From contig CAJAYT010000015.1 of NCBI GenBank assembly GCA_903949285.1, forward strand, positions 15,843 to 79,842: a DNA stretch of 64,000 nt, in the 5' to 3' direction. The stretch is from an uncultured Burkholderiales bacterium. Lineage in GTDB: Bacteria > Pseudomonadota > Gammaproteobacteria > Burkholderiales > Burkholderiaceae_C. The stretch's first letter is position 1, and each line of letters starts with the position of its first letter. A program made the position numbers and the translations under genes. The notes below the pieces were generated by a model. That model ran no database searches and was not told the DNA's origin. It saw only the letters and a list, made by a program, of their open reading frames with translations. Positions 1 to 9,905 of the stretch are shown here, piece after piece.

Positions 1-128
1 TGGTGGGCAGTACGGTGAAAGATGAGAGCGTGAACGCCGGGATAGCAGGTCAAAACCTCGAGCCAACTCCTGGCCGCGGGGTCTCGGTCCAAAATGCACT
101 GGATATCGGATCTCAATCTCTTAAACAT
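1..128 (-). CDS. cysE: Serine O-acetyltransferase, N-terminal part (runs off the window edge)
   Basis: Not in the ORF track. Manual minus-strand translation from ATG at 128 gives [39 protein letters not shown], the typical CysE N-terminus (DPAARS..EV..CYPG.HA). It lies 2 nt after the trmJ stop, matching the usual trmJ-cysE order. Confidence 0.93.
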   Translation of the reverse strand, partial: MFKRLRSDIQCILDRDPAARSWLEVLTCYPGVHALIFHRTAH

Positions 129-130
129 CT

Positions 131-1090
131 TTAGAGTCTATCTTCTTTTGGTTCCAACGTTTGCCCAACGGTCTTTGGTTTGGATTCAAGTGGGCTGTTT
201 AACTGTCCAGACGCCCGAATCATGGCTTTGGCTACGCCGCGAAAGATATGAATCTCCTCAATTGTCATGCGAGCCCTGTTGAAAAATTGGTTCAACCGGG
301 GCATGAGTTTCTTGGGCGCCTCGGGGTCTAGATACCCGATCGCCTCCAATGCACTTTGCCAGTGCGACAACAGCCCGCCGATCTGACCAGCGTCGGCGAG
401 GGTGTCAACAGCTTTGGATTGCTCTGCAGTAGGTACGTCAAATCCTCCCAAACAAATTCTCCACTCATAGGCAATCAACTGCACTGCGGCTGCAATATTC
501 AAAGAGCCAAACTGGGGATTAGACGGGATTTGTAGCGCAACGTGGCACCGGTAGACATCCTCATTGGTCATACCAAAGCGTTCGGAGCCAAATAAGAAAG
601 CAACTCCAGTTTGCTGAGCAGGCCTAATGATAAGGCTGGGGCTGGGGCTGGGGCTGGGGCTAGCTCTACTTTCACTTTCAGCCTGAGAACCATGCGGATT
701 CTGGGGTGAGTTGTCCCCATCTCGGACCAAAGCATCGGTTGTCCGAATTTCTTCAATAAACGACTCAAGGTGTGTTCTGGGGGTAAGCGTTGGCGGACCG
801 AAATCTCGGGCTGTCATAGCCGTTGCGCAAAGGTGGGTCATCCCCTCCAAGGCCTCATCCAAGGTGCCCACGATGCGAGCATTGTTAAGAACATCCAGAG
901 CACCACTTGCACGTTGAATTGTCTCCTCTCGTCTGAGCACATTGGCCCAACGGGGTCGCACCAGAACCAAATCACCAAAGCCCATCACTTTGATTGCACG
1001 GGCAACTGCTCCAACGTTGCCGGCGTGGGAGGTTTCAATCAATATAAATCGGGTTTGAATCACTGAGGGGCACACTAAAAAAGGTTCCAT
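131..1090 (-). CDS. trmJ: SPOUT-family tRNA (32-2'-O)-methyltransferase TrmJ/LasT, with an internal low-complexity insertion
   Basis: [30 protein letters not shown] and [19 protein letters not shown] motifs; divergent from suhB as in many proteobacteria. Confidence 0.92.
   Translation of the reverse strand: MEPFLVCPSVIQTRFILIETSHAGNVGAVARAIKVMGFGDLVLVRPRWANVLRREETIQRASGALDVLNNARIVGTLDEALEGMTHLCATAMTARDFGPPTLTPRTHLESFIEEIRTTDALVRDGDNSPQNPHGSQAESESRASPSPSPSPSLIIRPAQQTGVAFLFGSERFGMTNEDVYRCHVALQIPSNPQFGSLNIAAAVQLIAYEWRICLGGFDVPTAEQSKAVDTLADAGQIGGLLSHWQSALEAIGYLDPEAPKKLMPRLNQFFNRARMTIEEIHIFRGVAKAMIRASGQLNSPLESKPKTVGQTLEPKEDRL
634..661 (+). repeat. Hexanucleotide microsatellite (GGCTGG)x4.7 inside trmJ, encoding SPSPSPSPS
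   Basis: Read directly: ggctgg ggctgg ggctgg ggctgg ggct. The plus strand has four GGGG runs separated by CT. Confidence 0.95.
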
Positions 1091-1267
1091 TATCGATCAG
1101 TCGATGACAAAAAAGAAAGCAAAGTCATTAACTTTGTAGATGACATTTATTTGGTACCGCTGCAAAAACAAGTCTGAGTGTTTCACGTGGGTCACTGGAG
1201 CGGGGGTAAAATAAGGGTTTAAAGCTTTTCTGCCCTCACCACTTGCATTGTTCGAGTGTGTGTTTTT

Positions 1268-1279
1268 TGTTCTTCACGA
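1268..1279 (+). promoter_or_regulatory. Possible degenerate Nus-factor boxA element in the suhB leader
   Basis: TGTTCTTCACGA against the boxA consensus (T)GYTCTTTAANA; about 105 nt upstream of the suhB start. Confidence 0.35.
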
Positions 1280-1383
1280 TGTCAGTTGCCGCATGAAGCG
1301 CAGTATGCTCTGGACCTGTTCAAACAGTTGAGACTAGACCCAGAGCCTAACAAGTGGTCTCGTTGCAACGCATCTCAAAATCT

Positions 1384-2268
1384 ATGATCACCACCTTACA
1401 CCCCATGCTTAACGTAGCCATTAAGGCTGCACGCGCAGCAGGCGCCATCATCAACAGAGCCGCTCTTGATGTGGAGTCTGTTCGTATTTCACAAAAACAG
1501 GTAAATGACTTTGTTACCGAAGTTGATCAAGCCAGTGAACAGGTGATCATAGAGACCTTGCTGACTGCTTATCCGGATCACGGCATATTGGCTGAAGAAT
1601 CAGGGACTACACACGGCAACCCGAACTCCGAACATGTATGGTGCATTGATCCACTAGACGGCACGACCAACTTTATTCACGGATTTCCCTTTTACTGTGT
1701 GAGCATTGCCCTCATCAGTCACGGCAAAATCGAGCAAGCTGTTGTTTACGACCCAACCCGCAATGACTTGTTTACAGCCACCAAAGGGCGCGGTGCTTTT
1801 GTCAACGACCGACGTCTAAGAGTGAGTAAACGCATTCGTTTAAATGAGTGTTTGGTCTCTACTGGATTCCCTTTTAGGCCCGGCGACGACTTTCCCACCT
1901 ACCTACAAATGATGTCTGAGGTGATGCAACGCACTGCGGGGATCCGCCGCCCAGGTGCTGCTGCGCTGGACTTGGCTTACGTTGCAGCGGGTTATACGGA
2001 TGCTTTCTTTGAGACTGGTCTGCACCCATGGGATATGGCAGCAGGTGCACTCCTTGTCACAGAGGCTGGGGGCTTGATAGGCAACTTTACGGGCGAATCC
2101 AAATTCTTAGAGCACAGGGAGTGTCTCGCTGGCAATCCCAAAGTCTACGCTCAACTTGTGCCGCTGTTGCAAAGGTTCTCCAAGTTCGCAAGTACCTCTG
2201 AGAAGGCCACTGTGCGACCATCTGTTTTAACGCTGCACTCTGAAAAAGAGAATAAACCTTCAGCCTAA
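1384..2268 (+). CDS. suhB: Inositol monophosphatase family protein / Nus complex subunit SuhB
   Basis: [36 protein letters not shown] and WDMAAG motifs. Start set at ATG 1384 rather than the track's GTG at 1354. Confidence 0.95.
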   Translation: MITTLHPMLNVAIKAARAAGAIINRAALDVESVRISQKQVNDFVTEVDQASEQVIIETLLTAYPDHGILAEESGTTHGNPNSEHVWCIDPLDGTTNFIHGFPFYCVSIALISHGKIEQAVVYDPTRNDLFTATKGRGAFVNDRRLRVSKRIRLNECLVSTGFPFRPGDDFPTYLQMMSEVMQRTAGIRRPGAAALDLAYVAAGYTDAFFETGLHPWDMAAGALLVTEAGGLIGNFTGESKFLEHRECLAGNPKVYAQLVPLLQRFSKFASTSEKATVRPSVLTLHSEKENKPSA

Positions 2269-2403
2269 AGGGAGGTGCTCTCGTTTTGTTCAGTCTTGGT
2301 TGATGGACAAACGAAGCTAACCTGTTAAATGCGGCGATCAGTAAAAAAACGCATCAATGAGTTGGTTTTGAGCCCCTTACTAAAACACCCCCAATCTTGA
2401 TTC

Positions 2404-5142
2404 ATGACCTCCACCCCAGCCCCCCCCGTAAGCCCAGCTCTTGAAGCCGTGCCCACCAAGGGCACAGGCAAATCAACGGGCTCGTCTCAACACACCCCCA
2501 TGATGGCTCAATACTTAGCCATCAAGGCGGAGTTTGCGAACACATTGGTTTTTTACAGGATGGGGGACTTTTATGAGATGTTTTACGCAGACGCAGAAAA
2601 GGCTGCGGAACTGCTAGACATTACCCTCACCCAAAGGGGCCAATCCGGGGGGCAACCTGTGGTGATGGCGGGCGTTCCCTTTCACTCGGTTGAGGGCTAC
2701 TTAGCGCGACTGATCAAGGCTGGCGAGTCCGTGGCCATTTGTGAGCAAGTGGGCGAGGTGAACAACAAAGGCCCCGTTGAGCGACGAGTTGTTCGGGTGA
2801 TCACGCCTGGAACGCTTACAGATAGTGAGTTGCTGAGCGATAAAAGTGAGTCCATACTTCTGTGCATTCACGCAGGAGAGCGGGCAGGCTCAGCAACTGG
2901 GTGCGGATTGTCTTGGCTCTCGATCACCCGGGGTGAGATTCACATCGCCCAGTGCTCTGCACAGGAGTTACCCAGTTGGGTGCAGCGGATCTCACCCAGT
3001 GAGCTGATTTACAGCCAAGAACTCACACCCAGCCTTTTAAAGCAAGTGCAGTCGAGTTTACAACTCGCTGGACTCAACTGCACCATGACTCCAAGAGGGG
3101 ATTGGCAATTTGACTCATCATTGGGTGCAAAAAAACTCATCCAACTCCTGGGTTCATCAAGCTTAGAGCCTTGGCACGCACAGGACCTGGAAAGCGCTCA
3201 CGCCGCCAGCGCTGCGCTGCTCACATTTGCTGAGCATACCCAAGGCACTTCACTCACGCACATTCAAAATCTGATCGTCGAGCGCGATGACAAAGTCATA
3301 GACCTGCCCATCACGACGCGACGCAATTTAGAGCTGATTCAAACGTTAAAGGGCGAGGATAAGCCAACCCTATTCTCACTCCTAGACACTTGCATGACCG
3401 GCATGGGCTCAAGGGAGTTGAAGTCTTGGATTCTGAACTTACCCAGAGACCGCTCAGTCGCGAAGGACAGACTTACAGCGATAGCAACGCTCAAAGGCGA
3501 ACACGCAGACGGTGCGTGGAAGATGATTCGAAGTACTCTAAAAGGTAGCGGAGACATTCAACGGATCACAGCGCGCATCGCCTTGGGCCAGGTTCGCCCA
3601 AGAGAGCTCATCACGCTCGCAAGAGGAATTGCTAAGGCTTTTGAGGTCTCTCAACTACTCCCCGTTCAGGGTTTGAAAAATGATTCGAACAAGGGCACTG
3701 GGACCGAGTCGGGCACGCAGACGACCATCCACTCACCCTGGCTTAACCAGATTAGCTCCAACTTGGTGATGAACCCCAAATGCCGCGAACTCATAGAGTC
3801 TGCAATACTGCCCGAGCCTCAGGCGCTGATTCGCGACGGCGGAGTGATCAACGACGGCTACGACTCAGAACTCGATGAGCTTCGAGCTATACAAAATAAT
3901 TGTGATGCCTTCTTACTTGATCTTGAATCACGTGAGCGCACTCGCACAGGTATTGCCAATTTAAGGGTGCAATTTAACAAAGTTCACGGCTTTTTTATCG
4001 AAGTCACTCAGGGTCAAGTTGATAAGGTACCTGATGACTACAGGCGAAGACAAACGCTTAAGAACGCAGAGCGCTTCATCACCCCAGAGCTCAAAGCTTT
4101 TGAGGATAAGGCGTTATCTGCCCAAGACCGAGCACTTGCAAGGGAGAAACTTCTTTACGAATCACTCATTCAAAACCTGACTCAGTTCATCAATGAACTC
4201 AGCACTCTCGCTAACGCTTTAGCGACCCTTGACGCTTTGTGCGCTCTTACGGAGCGCGCTTTAACGCTTGACTGGTGTGCGCCCGAATTCACAAATGTTC
4301 CAGGCATTCATATTGAGAGCGGCAGACACCCCGTTGTGCAGGCTCGCTTACAAGAGAGTGGGATCAGTTTTATTGCCAACCACACAGAGCTTGGAGCGAC
4401 GTGTCGTATGCAAGTCATCACCGGCCCCAATATGGGCGGTAAATCAACTTACATGCGCCAAGTTGCATTGATCGTTATCTTAGCCAGTATGGGATCTTAT
4501 GTGCCTGCATCCCTTTGCCGCTTAGGGCCCATTGATGCTATTTACACCCGCATCGGATCCTCAGATGATTTAGCCAACGCTCAGTCTACATTTATGCTGG
4601 AGATGACCGAGGGCGCTCAAATATTAAACCGAGCGACGGCGCAAAGTTTGGTTTTAATGGATGAGATTGGCCGGGGGACCTCTACCTTTGACGGACTGGC
4701 TTTGGCCAGTGCAATCGCAACTCACCTGCACGACAAATCTCAGTCATTTGCACTTTTTGCAACGCACTACTTTGAGCTGACCGAGTTTCCTGCCAAACAC
4801 AAAAACGCTGTCAACGTCCATGTGAGCGCCGCGGAGAGTGGGCGTGATATTGTCTTCTTACATGAAATTAAAAGCGGACCGGCAAGTCGCAGTTACGGAA
4901 TTCAAGTGGCACGCCTAGCCGGCATGCCCACACCCGTCGTTAACCATGCGAAACAAACGCTTTTAGCCCTTGAAACCCAGGCCCAAAACAATCAACAGCA
5001 AGTTGATTTGTTCACTGTTGCTCCAGAGCCCATTGAGGACGGTCCCAGTCCCTTACAAATCAAGCTCGAGTCATTAGACCCTGATGCGATGAGCCCACGA
5101 GAGGCCCTTGATGCGCTGTACGCGCTTAAGAAATTAGTTTAA
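2404..5142 (+). CDS. mutS: DNA mismatch repair protein MutS
   Basis: [17 protein letters not shown] mismatch-binding motif, Walker [29 protein letters not shown] and a C-terminal clamp-binding-like QVDLF. Confidence 0.98.
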   Translation: MTSTPAPPVSPALEAVPTKGTGKSTGSSQHTPMMAQYLAIKAEFANTLVFYRMGDFYEMFYADAEKAAELLDITLTQRGQSGGQPVVMAGVPFHSVEGYLARLIKAGESVAICEQVGEVNNKGPVERRVVRVITPGTLTDSELLSDKSESILLCIHAGERAGSATGCGLSWLSITRGEIHIAQCSAQELPSWVQRISPSELIYSQELTPSLLKQVQSSLQLAGLNCTMTPRGDWQFDSSLGAKKLIQLLGSSSLEPWHAQDLESAHAASAALLTFAEHTQGTSLTHIQNLIVERDDKVIDLPITTRRNLELIQTLKGEDKPTLFSLLDTCMTGMGSRELKSWILNLPRDRSVAKDRLTAIATLKGEHADGAWKMIRSTLKGSGDIQRITARIALGQVRPRELITLARGIAKAFEVSQLLPVQGLKNDSNKGTGTESGTQTTIHSPWLNQISSNLVMNPKCRELIESAILPEPQALIRDGGVINDGYDSELDELRAIQNNCDAFLLDLESRERTRTGIANLRVQFNKVHGFFIEVTQGQVDKVPDDYRRRQTLKNAERFITPELKAFEDKALSAQDRALAREKLLYESLIQNLTQFINELSTLANALATLDALCALTERALTLDWCAPEFTNVPGIHIESGRHPVVQARLQESGISFIANHTELGATCRMQVITGPNMGGKSTYMRQVALIVILASMGSYVPASLCRLGPIDAIYTRIGSSDDLANAQSTFMLEMTEGAQILNRATAQSLVLMDEIGRGTSTFDGLALASAIATHLHDKSQSFALFATHYFELTEFPAKHKNAVNVHVSAAESGRDIVFLHEIKSGPASRSYGIQVARLAGMPTPVVNHAKQTLLALETQAQNNQQQVDLFTVAPEPIEDGPSPLQIKLESLDPDAMSPREALDALYALKKLV

Positions 5143-5185
5143 AGTCAAGCCCAGGTAAGTCTCTTGATTGCGAAGCGCTTTGGGT

Positions 5186-6043
5186 TTATACCCCATCGGC
5201 CCAGTTCACCCATCCCGCATAAGAGCTGAGTAAGACCAGTAACCCAAATGCAATGCGGTACCAAGCAAACACAACAAAGCTGTGTGTGGATATATATTTA
5301 AGTAACCAGCGTACACAAATCCAAGCGCTGATAAAGGACATCACCGTCCCCACCGCAAAGAGAGGAGCATCGCTCATGCTTAGGAGCGCCCGCTCTTTAA
5401 ACAAACTATAGGCTCCCGCACCAATCAAAGTGGGAATGGCCAAGTAAAAAGAGAAATCAGTGGCTACTTTGCGTGACAAGCCAAAGAGCATTCCACCTAT
5501 GATGGTTGCACCCGAGCGGGAGGTACCCGGAATCATGGCCAAACACTGGGCCAGCCCAACCTTCAGGGCATCCACTGGAGCCATTGTTTCGACGTTTAAG
5601 ATTCTTGCTTTGTCGTTGGGATGTTCGTTCTCAGGTCGCTGTCTGCCCCACCCCTCAACCCACAAAATAATCATGCCACCTAATATAAAAGTGCTTGCAA
5701 CCACCTGCGGCGTAAAGAGGTACTGTTTAATGGTGTGCCCCAACACAAGCCCTAAAACAACTGCGGGTAAGAACGCTATCAATACATTGACCGCAAAACG
5801 CCGAGCTAGTCTTTGAGTGGGCAAGGCTAAAACAGTAGAAGATATCTTGGCCCAAAACACAATCACAACAGCCAAAATCGCACCCGTTTGTATGGCGATG
5901 TCGAAAACCTTTGCCTTTGCGTCATCAAATTCGATCAAAGAACCTACCAAAATCAAATGCCCAGTTGAGGAGATTGGCAAAAACTCCGTCAGGCCTTCAA
6001 CAATGCCCATGACAGCTGCTTTAATCAATAAGACAATATCCAC
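5186..6043 (-). CDS. uppP: Undecaprenyl-diphosphate phosphatase (BacA)
   Basis: [18 protein letters not shown] and [10 protein letters not shown] motifs; multi-TM hydrophobic pattern. Confidence 0.96.
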   Translation of the reverse strand: MDIVLLIKAAVMGIVEGLTEFLPISSTGHLILVGSLIEFDDAKAKVFDIAIQTGAILAVVIVFWAKISSTVLALPTQRLARRFAVNVLIAFLPAVVLGLVLGHTIKQYLFTPQVVASTFILGGMIILWVEGWGRQRPENEHPNDKARILNVETMAPVDALKVGLAQCLAMIPGTSRSGATIIGGMLFGLSRKVATDFSFYLAIPTLIGAGAYSLFKERALLSMSDAPLFAVGTVMSFISAWICVRWLLKYISTHSFVVFAWYRIAFGLLVLLSSYAGWVNWADGV

Positions 6044-6072
6044 AAAGACTCCTTAGATGGCAAAACCGGGTT

Positions 6073-6106
6073 AACTCACAGGGCACTTGGTTAGAGCCTG
6101 TGAGTT
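6073..6106. other. Perfect 10-bp intergenic hairpin without a U-tract
   Basis: AACTCACAGG (6073-6082) and CCTGTGAGTT (6097-6106) with a 14-nt loop, between the GlcG-family gene and uppP. Confidence 0.6.
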
Positions 6107-6119
6107 TATGATCAAACTC

Positions 6120-6560
6120 TTAATGTTTAAACCCTGCTGCGAGCACGCCTGCTATGCAGATCTCCTCATCCTCATCGCCGGTTCCACCGGAGGCGCCCAC
6201 AGCGCCCAAAATCTCCCCCGCCGCGTCCTTAATTAGCACTGCACCCGTTTGGGGTAAGAATTTACCGTGGGCTGTGGAGGCTAGTGTGACGAAAAAATTG
6301 GGATTGTCTTTGGCACGCTCCGCTAAGGTTCGACTGGAGGCGCTCATTGCGACCGATCCCCAGGCTTTACCCGTTGCAATATCGATGCGAAACATGCTCG
6401 CTCCGTCCTCACGCTGAGCGCTGCGCACGTTGCCGTGTGCGTCTAAAACGACTACGGCCATGGGCTTAAAGCCTGACTTCTTGGATGCAGCCAGTGCTTG
6501 AGCGATGATGGAGTTGGCCTGGGCAAGGCTTAGTGAGGTTGATGTGGATTGGGTTGACAT
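6120..6560 (-). CDS. GlcG/HbpS-family heme-binding protein (DUF336)
   Basis: VVVLDAHG, REDGA, KAW and GAVGASGGTGDEDE motifs. Start moved to M26 of the track ORF (ATG 6560). Confidence 0.85.
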   Translation of the reverse strand: MSTQSTSTSLSLAQANSIIAQALAASKKSGFKPMAVVVLDAHGNVRSAQREDGASMFRIDIATGKAWGSVAMSASSRTLAERAKDNPNFFVTLASTAHGKFLPQTGAVLIKDAAGEILGAVGASGGTGDEDEEICIAGVLAAGFKH

Positions 6561-6691
6561 AGGGTACGCCTCTAAAATTGTGAACAATAAACCAAACAAA
6601 CGCCGCGAACGTATGGGTTCGAGCGTCTTAAACATTCAAGCTTATTGTCTCAAAAAAAGACCCCTGTAGGGGGAGAGTTAAAATCTTCTTT

Positions 6692-8488
6692 ATGACCAAT
6701 AGCTCATCTCCATCCAAAGATCAAAATCAGTCCACAAAGCCCAGTAATTTTCTGCGGCAAATCATTGAACATGATTTGTCAGCGGGCACCTATGCCACAA
6801 GGCATTGGGGGGGAACCCCCGGAGACGCAGACCATCACAACCGCGGCGCACCCGACACTGCAAGGGTGAGACTGCGCTTTCCACCTGAGCCCAATGGCTA
6901 TCTACACATTGGACATGCAAAGAGCATTTGTATCAATTTTGGTCTTGCCAAGGAGTACGGCGGCGTATGCCACATGCGCTTTGATGACACGAATCCTGAA
7001 AAAGAAGATACTGAATACGTCAACTCCATTCTTGACGCCGTGCAGTGGCTTGGATTTGATTGGCAATTCGACAACACCAATCATCTGTATCAGGCCAGTG
7101 ATTATTTTGAATACATGTACAAGGCTGCAGTGATACTCATTGAGTCAGGCAACGCCTATGTGGACGAGCAAAGTGCTCAAGAGATCAAAGACAACAGGGG
7201 TGACTTTAGTCGCCCCGGAACCGACAGCCCCTTTAGGTCGCGCAGCGTACAAGATAACCTCAAGCGTTTTCAAGAGATGCGGGACGGCAAGCTCAGTGAC
7301 GCAAGCGCAGTCCTGAGAGCAAAGATAGATATGGCGCACCCCAACATCAATATGCGAGATCCTGCGATTTACAGAATCCGTCACGCCACCCACCATCACA
7401 CGGGCGACAAATGGTGCATTTACCCCATGTACACCTTTGCTCACCCCATTGAAGATGCGCTCGAGCAAATCACGCACAGCATTTGTACGTTGGAATTTGA
7501 GGATCAAAGGCCTTTTTACGATTGGTTACTTGAGCGTTTAACGCAGGGCAAGATGCTTCAATCCCCGCCGCCGCGTCAATACGAATTTGCACGGTTAAAT
7601 TTAACTTATGTCTTGACCTCTAAAAGAAAACTCAGACAGCTCATTGAAGAACATTACGTCACAGGCTGGGATGATCCTCGCATGCCAACCATTGTGGGCC
7701 TGCGTCGCCGGGGGTACACGCCCGAGAGTCTTAGGCTCTTTGCTGAGCGCATTGGTGTGAGTAAGTCAGATAGTTGGATTGACTACAGCACACTTGAGAT
7801 AGCGCTAAGAGATGATCTGGACCCCAAAGCGTCCCGGGCCAGTGTGGTGTTAGATCCACTGCGCCTTACTATCACCAATTGGGATGAGCTTATGGGGGCT
7901 GGACATTTAGAGCCCTGCAAAGCACCTGTTCACCCGCACCTACCAGAGCGCGGACTGAGGCATTTCAATCTCGGATCGCAAGTCTGGATTGAGCGAGCAG
8001 ATTACCAAGAGATTCCCGCAAAAGGATTTTTTAGGCTCTTCCCCGGCAACAAAGTACGCCTCAAATACGGCTACGTTATAGAGTGCACTGGCGCCCATAA
8101 GAACGCGAGCGGCGAGGTTGTTGAAGTTTTAGCGCGCCTAATCCCAGACACCAAGAGCGGAACTCCTGGTTCGGATTCAGTCAAAGTAAAGGGCGTTATA
8201 ACTTGGGTTGGGGTTCAAGAGGCGGCAAGTATTGAAGTCCGCTTGTATGACCGCTTATTCACTGAAGCACAACCCGACGCAGGCGGACGAGACCCGATCA
8301 CAACGTTAAACCCCAACAGCTTAAAAGTCATCACAGCTTACGCCGAACCCAGCCTCATCACCAGCGCACCCGATGAGCGCTTCCAGTTTGAGCGACACGG
8401 CTATTTTGTTGCTGATCGTGTTGATCACAGCAAAACAAACCCAGTCTTTAATAAGATAACGGGACTGAAGGATCAGTGGACAAGTTGA
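6692..8488 (+). CDS. glnS: Glutaminyl-tRNA synthetase
   Basis: RFPPEPNGYLHIGHAK (HIGH), RFDDTNP, HSICTLEF, TSKRKL (KMSKS-like), WDDPRMPT and FQFERHGYF. Confidence 0.97.
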   Translation: MTNSSSPSKDQNQSTKPSNFLRQIIEHDLSAGTYATRHWGGTPGDADHHNRGAPDTARVRLRFPPEPNGYLHIGHAKSICINFGLAKEYGGVCHMRFDDTNPEKEDTEYVNSILDAVQWLGFDWQFDNTNHLYQASDYFEYMYKAAVILIESGNAYVDEQSAQEIKDNRGDFSRPGTDSPFRSRSVQDNLKRFQEMRDGKLSDASAVLRAKIDMAHPNINMRDPAIYRIRHATHHHTGDKWCIYPMYTFAHPIEDALEQITHSICTLEFEDQRPFYDWLLERLTQGKMLQSPPPRQYEFARLNLTYVLTSKRKLRQLIEEHYVTGWDDPRMPTIVGLRRRGYTPESLRLFAERIGVSKSDSWIDYSTLEIALRDDLDPKASRASVVLDPLRLTITNWDELMGAGHLEPCKAPVHPHLPERGLRHFNLGSQVWIERADYQEIPAKGFFRLFPGNKVRLKYGYVIECTGAHKNASGEVVEVLARLIPDTKSGTPGSDSVKVKGVITWVGVQEAASIEVRLYDRLFTEAQPDAGGRDPITTLNPNSLKVITAYAEPSLITSAPDERFQFERHGYFVADRVDHSKTNPVFNKITGLKDQWTS

Positions 8489-8542
8489 TGCGAAGTTGAG
8501 CTCGTGCAACAGCACTGCTCATCTTACGCTCTAATAGTATTT

Positions 8543-9097
8543 TTACTGAATGGTGCCCTTGATGGCAGAGGGTATCGGCAGTGGCAACACGGATAGGCCC
8601 TCCTCTAAGAGTTCCTGGGTTTCATCGGCCGTCGCCTGTCCTCGGATACTTCGCTCCTGGGTCTCTCCGTAATGCATTTTGCGTGCCTCAGAGACAAATT
8701 GCGTTCCTACATCCTCCGTGTTGGCAATGACGTGTTGGACCATTTGAAGCCACGCTTTTTGAAGTTGCTTGGAGTCTAAATTTGCGAAGTCCACGTTTGA
8801 TGGGCCAAGGCTGTTACCCGCTAAGTTTTGCTCTGCATTTTTTAGTGCAACGGGGTGCTCCTGCCCTGGCAGTGTCGGAGTTGTAACTTTGTTTTGACTC
8901 TCAGGATCTGACTCGCTTTGAGGTGCACTGGCGCCTAGATTCAAGCGAGGTGCGGATAACATCTTCGTAATCTCACGACTGGCGCAAATGGGGCACTCAA
9001 TCATCTCCTTGGACAATTGATTCTGGAAATCAGCTTCTGAGCCGAACCAACCTTCAAAATCGTGTTTGAAGTGGCACTGTAGATTTAAAACTTTCAT
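8543..9097 (-). CDS. DUF1178 family protein (putative zinc ribbon)
   Basis: LQCHFKHDFEGWFGS, CPICAS, APRL, EARKMHYGE and LLEEG pattern. Confidence 0.88.
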   Translation of the reverse strand: MKVLNLQCHFKHDFEGWFGSEADFQNQLSKEMIECPICASREITKMLSAPRLNLGASAPQSESDPESQNKVTTPTLPGQEHPVALKNAEQNLAGNSLGPSNVDFANLDSKQLQKAWLQMVQHVIANTEDVGTQFVSEARKMHYGETQERSIRGQATADETQELLEEGLSVLPLPIPSAIKGTIQ

Positions 9098-9208
9098 GAA
9101 ATGATTATGCAGAACGACTTGGTTCAGGTCAATACCAATGTTTAAACTATTTTCTAAACGGTGTGGGGTAGTCGGTGTAGTTGGATGCCCAAGTCCGCGT
9201 AATTTAGC

Positions 9209-9799
9209 TTACTCTTGCCATTTCAGAGGCCAAGAGCCGTTCAGCCAATTTTGCAGCCAAAGGGCGCCAGTGAGAGTTTTTGCATCTGTGATGACACCGT
9301 CTTTGCACCATTCAAAAAAAGTTGAACAACTCGTGTGGATCACCTCCACAAATTCACCCTCATCTAAAGAGGTCTCCCCTTGCTTAAGCCCCTTAGCAAA
9401 CCAAATCTCTATGAACTCGGTCGAGTAACTGATGACAGGATGACAAACACCTGCCCGAGCCCAGTGAGTGGCACTATACCCAGTTTCCTTCAGCAGTTCA
9501 CGTTTAGCGCAGCTCAAACGGTCCTCTTTAGGTTCCAACTTTCCGGCTGGAAACTCTATCATCACCGAACACATGGGGTACCTGTATTGGCGCTCTAAAA
9601 CCAAGTCTCCGTTGTCTAAGAGAGGAATGATCATGACTGCGCCTGGATGCACGACGTATTCACGGGTTGTTTGGGCACCGTTGGGTAGCTCTACAGTGTC
9701 ACGAAAGGCGTGGAGGAATTTGCCCTTCAAGAGCTCTTCGCTTGAAAGTGCTTTTTCAACCAAATGTTGATCAGTTTTGCTGTTAGCGGGTGGTTGCAT
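9209..9799 (-). CDS. NUDIX hydrolase, ADP-ribose pyrophosphatase-like
   Basis: HPGAVMIIP, QYRYP, EFPAGK and Nudix box [23 protein letters not shown] (K at a normally acidic position). Confidence 0.9.
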   Translation of the reverse strand: MQPPANSKTDQHLVEKALSSEELLKGKFLHAFRDTVELPNGAQTTREYVVHPGAVMIIPLLDNGDLVLERQYRYPMCSVMIEFPAGKLEPKEDRLSCAKRELLKETGYSATHWARAGVCHPVISYSTEFIEIWFAKGLKQGETSLDEGEFVEVIHTSCSTFFEWCKDGVITDAKTLTGALWLQNWLNGSWPLKWQE

Positions 9800-9905
9800 T
9801 TGAAGTTATCAAATATGATGAATGCAAACTCATTCAACGAATACGCCCGATCTTAGAGCCAAAAATGTAGAGCCTTCAGGGTTGGGGTTAGGTAAAGCGG
9901 GAGTT

